Assembly: GCA_002409965.1 (NCBI GenBank)
Contig: DHON01000065.1
Span: 12,319-67,084 of the forward strand
Reading direction: 5' to 3'
DNA: 54,766 nt
DNA from: Firmicutes bacterium UBA5389
GTDB lineage: Bacteria; Bacillota; DTU025
Shown here piece after piece: positions 38,048 to 47,450 of this stretch. The notes under the pieces were generated by a model. It was not told where the DNA came from. It worked only from the letters and a program-made list of their open reading frames with translations, and searched no databases. Both the position numbers and the translations under genes were made by a program. Within the stretch, counting starts at the first letter, position 1. Each line of letters starts with the position of its first letter.

Positions 38048-38848
38048 ATGAACACTGGAGTTCAGATCCGCATGAGCAGGCTATTCAACGCCGCTACAGG
38101 CAAATCAGTCATAGTCGCAGTCGACCATGGAATCGAGGGCGTTCCGCGCGGGCTTGAGGATCCGCGGCAGAAGGTTCAGGCACTGATCGAATCGGGAGTA
38201 GATGCATTGCTGCTCAACCCGGGGCTGTTCGAACGCGTGTGCGGGCTCTGGGAACGTCGAAACGCCCCGGGAGTCGTGCTGGCCGCTGACTACTACATGA
38301 GCAACACAGTGCCTGGCAGAAAGGCGCAGACAGAGGATTACCGGCGAATCCTCGAGGTAGAGGACGCTGTACGCCTCGGGGCGGACGCCATCAAGATGGT
38401 GCTGGTCTTCGGCCAGCGCGAACTGGATCTGTATGCGTACAACCTGGAGATCGTAGCGGCTTCGATACAGGAGGCGCACAGGCTCGGCATGCCCGTCATG
38501 CTTGAGACGGTTCTGTGGGGCATAACCTCCACCGAGGAGGAGATGGCCAGCGTGGAAGTGCTGCGGCACATGATGAGAATCGCTGTCGAACTGGGCGCCG
38601 ATATTCTCAAGACGCCGCTTCTGGGGACGGACGATGAATTCGCCCAGGTCGTGCGCTGGTCGCCTGTTCCGGTTACGGTCTTGGGAGGACAGACTCGGCC
38701 CGAATTCGATAGTGTAGTCGAAGGCGCCAGGCGTTCAGCGAGTCTGGGCGCGCGCGGCATAGTATTCGGGCGGAACGTGTGGCAGCGTCCGGACCTTCAG
38801 GCTGCGGTGCATGCGCTGCAGGCAGCGGTCCACGGCTGCGAGCACTGA
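38048..38848 (+). CDS. Class I aldolase, DhnA/LsrF family
   Basis: VAVDHG, VEDAVRLGADA, GMPVMLE, ELGADILKT (Schiff-base Lys), LGG, FGRNVWQ. Confidence 0.9.
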   Translation: MNTGVQIRMSRLFNAATGKSVIVAVDHGIEGVPRGLEDPRQKVQALIESGVDALLLNPGLFERVCGLWERRNAPGVVLAADYYMSNTVPGRKAQTEDYRRILEVEDAVRLGADAIKMVLVFGQRELDLYAYNLEIVAASIQEAHRLGMPVMLETVLWGITSTEEEMASVEVLRHMMRIAVELGADILKTPLLGTDDEFAQVVRWSPVPVTVLGGQTRPEFDSVVEGARRSASLGARGIVFGRNVWQRPDLQAAVHALQAAVHGCEH

Positions 38849-38872
38849 CGATAGAGAACACTGAAGAGGCGC

Positions 38873-39685
38873 GTGGTCAATGTGAATCTATTAGTACTGC
38901 TCAAGCAGGTACCCGGCACGTCCAACGTCAAGATGGACGAGAAGACCGGGACTATGGTAAGGACCGATCATGAGAACGTCATCAACCCGCTAGACGAGAA
39001 TGCCCTTGCGGCGGCGCTCGAGTTGAAGAGGTCGATCGATGGCTCAAAGGTCACGGTTCTGAGCATGGGGCCGCCTCCGGCGTCCCGGGCCCTCAGAGAG
39101 GCAATAGCCATGGGGGCCGATGAGGCTCATCTCCTGTGTCACCGGGGATTCGCCGGCTCCGACACCCTGGCCACAGCGCGGGCGCTGGCACTGGCGATAG
39201 AGCATGTGGCAGGGAGGAGACTGGGCCCGAACGATCTCGTCCTTTGCGGAGAGAGGGCGACTGACGGTGAAACCGGGCAGGTCGGTCCCATGATCTCTGC
39301 CATGTTGGACATAGCGGTCGCTACCTACGTGAGAGGGATTGAGGTCAAGCAGGACCATGTGGTCGTAGAGCGGGTAGTTGAAGAGGGCTTCGAGCGTGTC
39401 CGGATGCCGCTGCCCGCCCTTGTCACGGTAGTAAAGGACATCAACCAGCCCGGCTTCCCCACTCTTCCCGGGAAGCTGGCTGCGAAGGCGGCGCCGGTCC
39501 CGCTGTTGACCCCTGATGATTTGGGGCTGACCCGCGACACAGCAGGCCTTACGGGGTCGCCTACTCGCGTAGTGCAGGTCTTCAGGCCGAAGTTCGCGCG
39601 CGACACGGTCCTTCGCCGGCAGGACTCGGGAGGTGCCGCTGTGGGCTCGCTTGTCGATCTGCTGATAGAGAAAGAAGTCATCTAG
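38873..39685 (+). CDS. etfB: Electron transfer flavoprotein beta subunit
   Basis: KQVP, INPLDENAL, SMGPP, AGSDTLATA, DGETGQVG, GLTGSPTRV. Confidence 0.95.
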   Translation: MVNVNLLVLLKQVPGTSNVKMDEKTGTMVRTDHENVINPLDENALAAALELKRSIDGSKVTVLSMGPPPASRALREAIAMGADEAHLLCHRGFAGSDTLATARALALAIEHVAGRRLGPNDLVLCGERATDGETGQVGPMISAMLDIAVATYVRGIEVKQDHVVVERVVEEGFERVRMPLPALVTVVKDINQPGFPTLPGKLAAKAAPVPLLTPDDLGLTRDTAGLTGSPTRVVQVFRPKFARDTVLRRQDSGGAAVGSLVDLLIEKEVI

Positions 39686-39715
39686 CACTTGCGTTTCCCG
39701 AGAGAGGGTGAATCG

Positions 39716-40735
39716 GTGGAATACTCAGGCGTGTTAGTCGTAGGTGAGCAAAGAGGCGGATCGGTGCACTCTGTGACGTACGAGCTCTTGGCCAGGGGTC
39801 GGACGCTCGCTGACAAGTTGGGAGTAAGCCTTGCGTGCGTGGTGATCGGTCATCGCCTCGAGGCGTTTGGACGCGAGATAGTGGAACGAGGCGCCGATGT
39901 CGTCTACCTGGTGGACGATTCCAGCCTCGAGTGGTTTATCCCCAGGCGTCACTCGGCGGAACTGGCGGCTCTGATCGGCCAGATTCGCCCAGAGATCGTT
40001 CTGGCTGCTGCCACCACTGCCGGCAGGACTCTGATGCCGCACGTTGCCGCCAGACTCGGCGCAGGGCTGACAGCTGACTGCACCGGACTTGACATAGACG
40101 ATGAAGAAAGACTGCTTTTGCAGACTAGGCCGGCCATAGGCGGAAATGTCATGGCGACAATCAAGACGCCTTCTGCCAGACCTCAGATGGCGACGGTCAG
40201 GCCCAAATCGGCCAGGCCGCTTCCCCGGGATCCCGGGCGACACGGTGAAATCGTTGTCAGAGCGGCTGCATGCGATGACGCGCAGTCTGCGGGAGAGCGC
40301 TTGCTGGAGTTCGTTCGCGACACATCGCAGGATGTGAGCGTGCAAGATGCGGAGATTGTCGTGGCCGGCGGCAAAGGACTGAAGAGCCGCGACAACTTCA
40401 AGTTGGTGGAGGAGCTCGCCGGGCTGCTCGGCGCGGCCGTCGGCGCGACGCGCGATGTGGTGGACCTGGGATGGGTGGGGTATCCGCACCAGATAGGATT
40501 GAGCGGCAAGACGGTGTCGCCGCGCCTTTATGTGGCGATCGGACTATCCGGCACCATACAGCATCTTGCCGGCATGCAGACATCGGAAACTGTCGTGGCG
40601 ATCAACAAAGACAAAGACGCCCAGATCTTCAGGGTTGCCGACTATGGCATCGTGGGCGACCTCTTCGACGTGGTGCCCGAGCTGATCGAGAAGATCAAGA
40701 CGGCGAAGAATGCGCGTCTGGCCGGAGCGAGGTGA
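39716..40735 (+). CDS. etfA: Electron transfer flavoprotein alpha subunit
   Basis: GLTADCT, QTRPAIGGNVMATI, RPQMATVRP, QIGLSGKTVSP, QHLAGM, AINKD. Confidence 0.95.
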   Translation: MEYSGVLVVGEQRGGSVHSVTYELLARGRTLADKLGVSLACVVIGHRLEAFGREIVERGADVVYLVDDSSLEWFIPRRHSAELAALIGQIRPEIVLAAATTAGRTLMPHVAARLGAGLTADCTGLDIDDEERLLLQTRPAIGGNVMATIKTPSARPQMATVRPKSARPLPRDPGRHGEIVVRAAACDDAQSAGERLLEFVRDTSQDVSVQDAEIVVAGGKGLKSRDNFKLVEELAGLLGAAVGATRDVVDLGWVGYPHQIGLSGKTVSPRLYVAIGLSGTIQHLAGMQTSETVVAINKDKDAQIFRVADYGIVGDLFDVVPELIEKIKTAKNARLAGAR

Positions 40736-40741
40736 AAGACC

Positions 40742-42160
40742 ATGGGACGATATGCAGCTGTGACAGGGAAGGTAGTTGACGAGTTGGCGCGGATTCTGGA
40801 TCCGGCTCGCGTGGTCACGGACCCGGAGAAGCTCGCTCCGTATGCCCACGATGAGGTGTCAGAAGCAGCGTATGTGTGCATGCCGGATGTCGTGGTGAAG
40901 CCGAACACAACGGCCGAAGTCTCCGCGATCCTGCGACTGGCCAACAGAGAGATGATACCGGTTACCCCGAGAGGAGCAGGGACAGGGCTATCGGCCGGGT
41001 GTGTGCCGATGCACGGGGGCATAGTCTTGTCCCTCGAGAACATGAATCGGGTGATAGAGGTAGACCGACGCAACCTGTTCATGGTTGTTGAGCCCGGCGT
41101 AACCACGGGCGAGGTTCAGAGAATCGCGCGAGAGCAAGGGTTGCTGTATGCCGGGGACCCGTGTAGCTCAGAGAGCTCGCAGATAGGCGGCAACCTGGCA
41201 GAGAACGCCGGCGGCAACAAGGCGGTGAAATACGGCACGACTTCAAAGCACGTCTACGGGCTGGAGGTGGTGCTGCCCACTGGCGAGATCGTGACGACTG
41301 GCGGGAAGTGTGTCAAGGATGTCACAGGTTATGACCTGGTACATCTGTTCGTGGGGTCGGAGGGAACGCTCGGCGTGATCACAAAGGCCTGGCTAAAATT
41401 GCTTCCACTCCCCAAGTTCCAAGTGGACCTTTTGGCTCCCTTTGACGATATGCAGAAGGCTATTGAAGTGGTGCCGCGTGTGATGACCGAGAGCGGCATT
41501 GTCCCCACGGCAGTGGAATTCATGGACAGCCTGTCCATCAAAGCGGCCGAACTGTACCTCAATTCGTCTCTACCGCACAGCGATGCCGCCGCCTATCTCA
41601 TAGTCGAACTCGAAGGCAACAGCGAGCAGCAGGTTGAATCCGAATACGAGGCAATTGGCCATCTGTGCATGCAGTGCGGAGCGCTCGAGGTATACATCGC
41701 GGACAACCTGGCCACGCAGGACCGCATATGGAAGGCGCGCAAGTGCGTTGCAGAAGCTCTTCGCGTGGTGAGCCCCATCTACTGCATGGAGGACATCACC
41801 GTTCCAACCTCAGAGATACCCCAGCTTCTTACGAGCATATCGCAGATATCGAAGGAGTTCGACGTCAAGATCCCGGCTTTCGGGCACGCGGGAGATGGGA
41901 ACATCCATGCGACTCTCCTGAGGGAGGGGATGGACGATGCGACCTGGGAGACCACCAAAGAAAAGGCGCTTCATGAGATGTACAGCGCGACCTACCGACA
42001 TGGAGGGAACCTGTCGGGCGAGCACGGGATAGGCGCCAAGCGGCTTAGGCCGCTGGAACGCTTCGTAGACCGGGCACAGATGCAGGTACTGAAATCCATC
42101 AAGGCAGCACTGGATCCGAACCTGATCCTCAACCCCGGGAAGATAGTGGACATGAACTGA
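40742..42160 (+). CDS. FAD-linked 2-hydroxyacid dehydrogenase (GlcD/LctD family)
   Basis: PRGAGTGLS, IGGNLAENAGG, GYDL, GSEGTLG, GHAGDGNIH, SGEHGIG, DPNLILNPGKI. Confidence 0.92.
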   Translation: MGRYAAVTGKVVDELARILDPARVVTDPEKLAPYAHDEVSEAAYVCMPDVVVKPNTTAEVSAILRLANREMIPVTPRGAGTGLSAGCVPMHGGIVLSLENMNRVIEVDRRNLFMVVEPGVTTGEVQRIAREQGLLYAGDPCSSESSQIGGNLAENAGGNKAVKYGTTSKHVYGLEVVLPTGEIVTTGGKCVKDVTGYDLVHLFVGSEGTLGVITKAWLKLLPLPKFQVDLLAPFDDMQKAIEVVPRVMTESGIVPTAVEFMDSLSIKAAELYLNSSLPHSDAAAYLIVELEGNSEQQVESEYEAIGHLCMQCGALEVYIADNLATQDRIWKARKCVAEALRVVSPIYCMEDITVPTSEIPQLLTSISQISKEFDVKIPAFGHAGDGNIHATLLREGMDDATWETTKEKALHEMYSATYRHGGNLSGEHGIGAKRLRPLERFVDRAQMQVLKSIKAALDPNLILNPGKIVDMN

Positions 42161-42200
42161 GCCAGGCGCGAGACAGATCATGAAGTGAGGATGAAGCTAC

Positions 42201-43433
42201 ATGAAAGCATGCGAGAGCAACTCCATTCTCGCCAGGGCCATTGCCGCACAGGAAGCCATGGTCGCGGCGAGACGGGCCATACACCGGTGCCCTGAGCTGG
42301 GGTTTGAAGAGCATGCAACGGCCCGGTTGATAGCGAACAGGCTTCGAGACCTCGGTCTCGAGGTCAGAACGGGAGTGGGTGGAACAGGCGTGGTGGCTGT
42401 GCTCAGGGGCGCCTCACCCGGTCCGATGGTGGCGCTAAGGGCCGACATGGACGCCCTTCCAGTCTACGAGGAGACTGGCCTGCCATACGCGTCCGAGCAT
42501 CCGGGCCTGATGCATGCGTGCGCCCATGACATGCATTGTGCGGCCTTGCTGGGTGTGGCCGCGGTCCTCAAGGAGTACGCCTGCCGGATGCGGGGGGCAG
42601 TGGTCTTCATGTTCCAGCCCGCGGAGGAAACGGACGGCGGGGCAAGGGCTTTCATTGATGCGGGCGTTCTGACTGAGCACGAGCCTGATGCCGTGTTTGG
42701 GCTTCACATGTGGCCTGATCTTGAGGTCGGCAAGGTAGGGATCCGCGAAGGCCCCGTCATGGCATCGCTCGACAGTTTCGACATTGAACTAGCTGGCTCC
42801 ACTGCGCACGGGGCGATGCCCCATCGGGGACGCGATGCCGTTCTGGCGGCCTCGGCTGTGGTGATCGGCCTACAGCAGATCGTTTCGAGGAATGTGGACC
42901 CGATGGAAGCGGCGGTTGTTACGGTGGGCACACTGCACTCGGGCAAGGCGCGGAACATCATCGCCGACCGTGCCGTCATTACTGGTACAGTCCGCACGCT
43001 GGGAGAGCCGGTGAGGGAGCTGGTGGCCTCGAGGATTGAGGAAGTGACGACGATGTCCGCAAGAGCCTGCGGGGTAGAGTCGCATCTGACATATGACCGA
43101 CTCCTCCCAACGCTCGCGAATGACGAGCGGATGTGCCAGATTGCCGCCGGGTCAGCTCAGGAAGTGCTGGGGCCGGGGTGCATCCAGCATACAAAGCCCA
43201 GCATGGCTGCTGACGATTTCTCTTTGTTCGCCGAGAGAGTGCCCGGCTGCTATCTCTTCTTCGGCTGCACGACGGCGGGCGATGCGGCTTATCCGCTGCA
43301 CAATGGACATTTCGCGCCGAGTGAGGATGCACTGCCCATAGCATGCGCGGTCATGGCGAGACTGTGTTTGGATTATTCCCATTACTCGGCTTCGCAATTG
43401 GAAGGTCGATTTGGGTCCGAGAGGCAGGACTAG
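42201..43433 (+). CDS. M20 family amidohydrolase
   Basis: PELGFEE, LRADMDALP, MHACAHD, FQPAEE, HGAMPH, HNGHF. Confidence 0.93.
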   Translation: MKACESNSILARAIAAQEAMVAARRAIHRCPELGFEEHATARLIANRLRDLGLEVRTGVGGTGVVAVLRGASPGPMVALRADMDALPVYEETGLPYASEHPGLMHACAHDMHCAALLGVAAVLKEYACRMRGAVVFMFQPAEETDGGARAFIDAGVLTEHEPDAVFGLHMWPDLEVGKVGIREGPVMASLDSFDIELAGSTAHGAMPHRGRDAVLAASAVVIGLQQIVSRNVDPMEAAVVTVGTLHSGKARNIIADRAVITGTVRTLGEPVRELVASRIEEVTTMSARACGVESHLTYDRLLPTLANDERMCQIAAGSAQEVLGPGCIQHTKPSMAADDFSLFAERVPGCYLFFGCTTAGDAAYPLHNGHFAPSEDALPIACAVMARLCLDYSHYSASQLEGRFGSERQD

Positions 43434-43450
43434 CACTCTCCGCGTCGAAT
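43424..43450 (+). promoter_or_regulatory. SigH-like promoter upstream of the FadR gene
   Basis: GCAGGA-N14-GTCGAAT, followed by TTGGT...ACCAA (possible FadR site, about 43455-43475). Confidence 0.6.
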
Positions 43451-43509
43451 CATCTTGGTAGGATAAACAGACCAATTGACCTCATGATTGAGAAGGGCAG
43501 TGGTCAGAG

Positions 43510-44193
43510 ATGGTGCTGCAGCCCCGGAATCTCTACTCCGAGGTGCTGGACGGTCTCCGCAAGATGATTGAGAGCGGTGAGATCAGAGAGGGAGAGCGCA
43601 TTCCCCCCGAACGAGTCCTAGCCGAGAGGTTCGGAGTCAGCCGGACGTGTGTGCGCGAGGCGCTGGGCGCGCTCAAGCTGAGCGGCGTGATACAGGGGCG
43701 CCCGGGCGCCGGAACGTATCTTGCCAAGGTAAGCCCCGGGGGGATTGACAGGTCCGATCTGCTCTTGGTGGAAGAAGGGAGTCCCTTTGAGATCTTGGAG
43801 TCCAGAAAAATCATCGAGCCGGCCATAGCGGCTCTTGCGGCGCGCAAGGCCACTGCCGAGGATATCGCTGGGCTTGTGCAGGCGATGGAGCGTCTACATG
43901 AATCGGCAGGAGACTCCGAATCACTCACAGCAGCCGACAAGCAATTCCACCTGAGCATGGCTGAGGCGACACACAACAGGATCCTCATCAGAGCACTTGG
44001 GCAGATCCTCGACCTAATGCAGAGAATCTACTATCCCGCGGTGGGCATTGTGGGGCCGGTCGACGGCTATTACGAGACCCACAACGAAGTGTTCAAGAGT
44101 GTCCAGGCTAGGAACTCGCGGGGCGCCGAGAGGGCGATGAGGGCGCACCTTATGGCCGTGGAGCTCGACTTGGAGAGCCTGTCCGATTTCTGA
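43510..44193 (+). CDS. FadR/GntR-family regulator (FCD domain)
   Basis: PPERVLAERFGVSRTCVREAL, GAGTY, ESRKIIE, DKQFH, THN, MRAHL. Confidence 0.93.
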   Translation: MVLQPRNLYSEVLDGLRKMIESGEIREGERIPPERVLAERFGVSRTCVREALGALKLSGVIQGRPGAGTYLAKVSPGGIDRSDLLLVEEGSPFEILESRKIIEPAIAALAARKATAEDIAGLVQAMERLHESAGDSESLTAADKQFHLSMAEATHNRILIRALGQILDLMQRIYYPAVGIVGPVDGYYETHNEVFKSVQARNSRGAERAMRAHLMAVELDLESLSDF

Positions 44194-44346
44194 CTGTTTC
44201 AGATGTACAGTCAAGCTCAGGCGGAAGCTTCTAGGGGTTCGAGAGGGAGGTGATGCAGGCACCACACAGCATGACCTGGACTCTACGCATAACAGCTGGA
44301 CGAACGGATGCAGATCTAAACGACTACTAGGAGGTGCTCTGGTTCG

Positions 44347-45600
44347 ATGAAACGAATGATGATGGCCACTCTCCTGATAGCTCTGGTCATGGCGCCGATC
44401 GGAGTTGCTAGCGGCGCAAACAAGCAGATTCAGTTCCCAAGCTGGATGTGGGGTGAAGCTGGAACCGGCGACTGGTTCAAAGATGGTGTAGCCCTTTACG
44501 AATCCCAGAACCCCGGTGTGAAGGTGGTCCCCGCGCTGGTTCCAGCGGGTCAGTATGAGGAGAAACTGCTCATCGACATGGCAGGCGGAGGCGCGCCTGA
44601 CCTGGCTCCTGTGTTCACCAACATGATGCCCAAGCTCATGCGTATGGGCCTGCTTGAGCCCCTCGATGACTACCTGGCCAAGGCGGACTGGAAGAGCAAC
44701 TTGCTCCCGGTTCAGAAAGTGGCTCAGTACAATGGGAAGACCTACGGCGTCGTCCTCACGGCTTCGCCCAACGGGTTGATCTACAACAAGAAGTTGCTGG
44801 ACAAGGCGGGCGTTGCTGTGCCCACCACGCCCGAGGAGATGCTGGTTGCCGCACGAAAAGTGAAGCAGGCTACCGGTGCCTTCGGGTACGGTTTCGCCAC
44901 CAGAACAGCTGATGTCCTCGAGGCCTACATCCCGCTCATGCAGTGGGCTATCGGCTTCGGGGGCGATTTCTCCAAGGATGGCGTGCCCACGGCGAACAAT
45001 CCCAAGACCATCGAAGGCCTGGAATTCCTGAAGCGCTTCTTCGACGAAGGCCTGACTCCCAAGGGCCTTGACGGCCCGATGCTGCGCAAGATGTTCGTCG
45101 AAGAGAAGATCGCGATGCTCATAGATGGACCTTGGGCGATCACGTATGTGAAGGAAGCGGCTCCGGATCTCTATGAGTATGTGGGATTCGCCGCTCCGCC
45201 CACTCCGACGCATGCGGCCATCACGGGCGGGGCTTTCTACACGATTCCTGTTCGGGCCAAGCACAAGCAGGAGGCGTTTGCGCTACTCTCAGTCTACAAC
45301 CAGCCTGAGTGGCAGAGCAGATGGCTCGAGGATCTACTGCAGATCCCGGGGCAGAATGCGGAGATCAGCCCTAAGCTCGCGAAAGAGCATCCGTGGATCG
45401 AGGGTATGGTGGATGTGGCTGCCAAGTATCCTGCTGGATTCGGCTACTCCGCACCTGGCTTTGAGGAGTATGCCGGCGAAGTTCAGCGAATGGTGGTCGA
45501 TGGCATCGCCAGCGTATGGGGCGGGCGGACCACTGTGGAAGCGGCCATGAACGATGTGCAGCAGAAAATGGTGAAGTGGGCTGCCACACTCAAGCGGTAG
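44347..45600 (+). CDS. Carbohydrate ABC substrate-binding protein
   Basis: AGGAGGT RBS; signal peptide; AGGGAPD, LEPLDDY, YNKKLL, PTTPEEM. Confidence 0.92.
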   Translation: MKRMMMATLLIALVMAPIGVASGANKQIQFPSWMWGEAGTGDWFKDGVALYESQNPGVKVVPALVPAGQYEEKLLIDMAGGGAPDLAPVFTNMMPKLMRMGLLEPLDDYLAKADWKSNLLPVQKVAQYNGKTYGVVLTASPNGLIYNKKLLDKAGVAVPTTPEEMLVAARKVKQATGAFGYGFATRTADVLEAYIPLMQWAIGFGGDFSKDGVPTANNPKTIEGLEFLKRFFDEGLTPKGLDGPMLRKMFVEEKIAMLIDGPWAITYVKEAAPDLYEYVGFAAPPTPTHAAITGGAFYTIPVRAKHKQEAFALLSVYNQPEWQSRWLEDLLQIPGQNAEISPKLAKEHPWIEGMVDVAAKYPAGFGYSAPGFEEYAGEVQRMVVDGIASVWGGRTTVEAAMNDVQQKMVKWAATLKR

Positions 45601-45614
45601 CAAGATGGTACATC

Positions 45615-45642
45615 GAGAGGGCGGATATCTATCCGCCCTCTC
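45615..45642 (+). terminator. Stem-loop after the substrate-binding gene
   Basis: GAGAGGGCGGATA-tc-TATCCGCCCTCTC perfect inverted repeat. Confidence 0.7.
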
Positions 45643-45687
45643 ACGATCATTATCAGTCGTAGCTAGTCATAGTTTAGGAGGCTATTC

Positions 45688-46572
45688 TTGGTGAGCCGAA
45701 TGCGAACAGCGTTGCCCAATACAGCCGTGAACAGGGTATCAGCTGCCCTGATCTTGCCCGCTGCGATAGTAATGGGCGCAGTAGTGATATACCCTATCTT
45801 GACGACGATCGGGCTGAGCTTGACCGATGCACCCTTGATCTCACTTTCGCCGCCGTCATTCGCGGGGCTGTCTAACTACGCTGAGTGGTTGAGCAATCCG
45901 GACTTCTGGCGATCACTTTGGATTACTCTGATCTACACGTTTGGAGTAACCATTGGCTCTTACGCGATTGGGTTGTTCACAGCGTTGCTTCTGAACCTGG
46001 ACTTTCCGGGCAGGGCGATACTCAGAGGACTGGTGCTGTTGCCGTGGGCTATCCCCGAAGTGGCAGCGGTAATGACGTGGAACTGGATGCTGGACTACCA
46101 GTTCGGCATCGTCAACAGCCTTCTGGGCTCGCAGGTGGGATGGGTCACTGATTCAGCGATGGCGCTTTGGACTGTGACTATTGTGACCATATGGAAGCAA
46201 TTCCCACTCGCCACGGTGGTGCTGCTAGCGGGGTTGCAGGCTATTCCACGAGAGCTCTACGAGGCTGCGAATGTGGACGGCGCAAGCCGACTGCAGCAGT
46301 TCGTCCATGTTACCCTGCCGGGGCTGAAGCCAGTGAACTCCGTGTTGGTCATGATGCTGATTCTCTACACATTCAAGAGGATTTCCATAATCTATCTTCT
46401 CACGGGGGGAGGGCCCGCGAAGGCCACCGAGATCCTGCCGGTAATCACTTATCTGGAGGCTTTCAAGTACTTCCGTCTCGGTTCGGCATCTGCCGTCGGC
46501 ATACTTGCGCTTGGGTTCACCTTGGTCATCACGTTGGTCTATTCGAGGGTTTTCCTGAGAGAGGAGGCTTGA
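45688..46572 (+). CDS. Carbohydrate ABC permease 1
   Basis: LLPWAIP, GLQAIPRELYEAANVDGAS, TGGGP. Confidence 0.95.
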   Translation: MVSRMRTALPNTAVNRVSAALILPAAIVMGAVVIYPILTTIGLSLTDAPLISLSPPSFAGLSNYAEWLSNPDFWRSLWITLIYTFGVTIGSYAIGLFTALLLNLDFPGRAILRGLVLLPWAIPEVAAVMTWNWMLDYQFGIVNSLLGSQVGWVTDSAMALWTVTIVTIWKQFPLATVVLLAGLQAIPRELYEAANVDGASRLQQFVHVTLPGLKPVNSVLVMMLILYTFKRISIIYLLTGGGPAKATEILPVITYLEAFKYFRLGSASAVGILALGFTLVITLVYSRVFLREEA

Positions 46573-46579
46573 GGGCAGC

Positions 46580-47404
46580 ATGAGGAGACCGAAGGGAAGC
46601 ATCGCTGTTCTAGTCGTTGCGGTAATCGTGGTATTTGCCCTCAACTTTCCGGTGTACTGGATGTTCGTGCAGTCAATCACAGCTGAGAGCATGTTCACCG
46701 AGCGCCCTAGCTTGCTTCCAAAGGATCCATCGCTCAACGCGTTCAAGAGGATCTGCGAAGCCAAGCCGATAGGGCAGTGGTTTGTGAACACTCTCATCGT
46801 GGCAGTGGGCACTGTCGCCCTGTCGATGCCGCTGGCTGCAGGCGCGGCATTCAGCCTATCACGCTACAAGACGACGCTCAATTCAGTCACTGGACTTGCC
46901 ATTCTGGGGACTCAGATGCTCTCTGCATCGCTTCTGGCGATACCCATATATGTGCTGTTCAGGCGGACCGGACTCCACGACAAGCTGGGCGGGCTGATAG
47001 TCGCGAACACAGCTTTCACGTTGCCGATGAGCATATGGGTGCTGAAAGGATTCTTTGACGCGATCCCCAAGGAGCTGGACGAAGCGGCCATGATCGACGG
47101 CTGCACCGTTGGGCAGATGATATGGCAGGTGATAATGCCACTGGTGCTCCCGGGAATGGTGGCTGTATCGATATTCGCTTTCATCCTTGCCTGGGACGAG
47201 TTCTTCTTTGCGCGCACGCTTGTGAGCAGCCAGGGCAATTGGGTGCTGTCGGTGGGCCTCAGTTCGTTCCGAGAGGAGTTCACTATTAACTGGAGCGACA
47301 TGATGGCGGCCGCAGTGCTGTTTACCATTCCTCCGATAGTGCTGTTCATGTTCATCCAGAAACACCTGGTCAGCGGGCTCACTGGAGGAGCTGTCAAGGG
47401 ATAG
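46580..47404 (+). CDS. Carbohydrate ABC permease 2
   Basis: FFDAIPKELDEAAMIDG, WDEFFFA, GLTGGAVKG. Confidence 0.95.
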   Translation: MRRPKGSIAVLVVAVIVVFALNFPVYWMFVQSITAESMFTERPSLLPKDPSLNAFKRICEAKPIGQWFVNTLIVAVGTVALSMPLAAGAAFSLSRYKTTLNSVTGLAILGTQMLSASLLAIPIYVLFRRTGLHDKLGGLIVANTAFTLPMSIWVLKGFFDAIPKELDEAAMIDGCTVGQMIWQVIMPLVLPGMVAVSIFAFILAWDEFFFARTLVSSQGNWVLSVGLSSFREEFTINWSDMMAAAVLFTIPPIVLFMFIQKHLVSGLTGGAVKG

Positions 47405-47450
47405 AGGGGTATCTTGGGGGCACAATGAGAGCGCGAACGGGGGGACTGCA

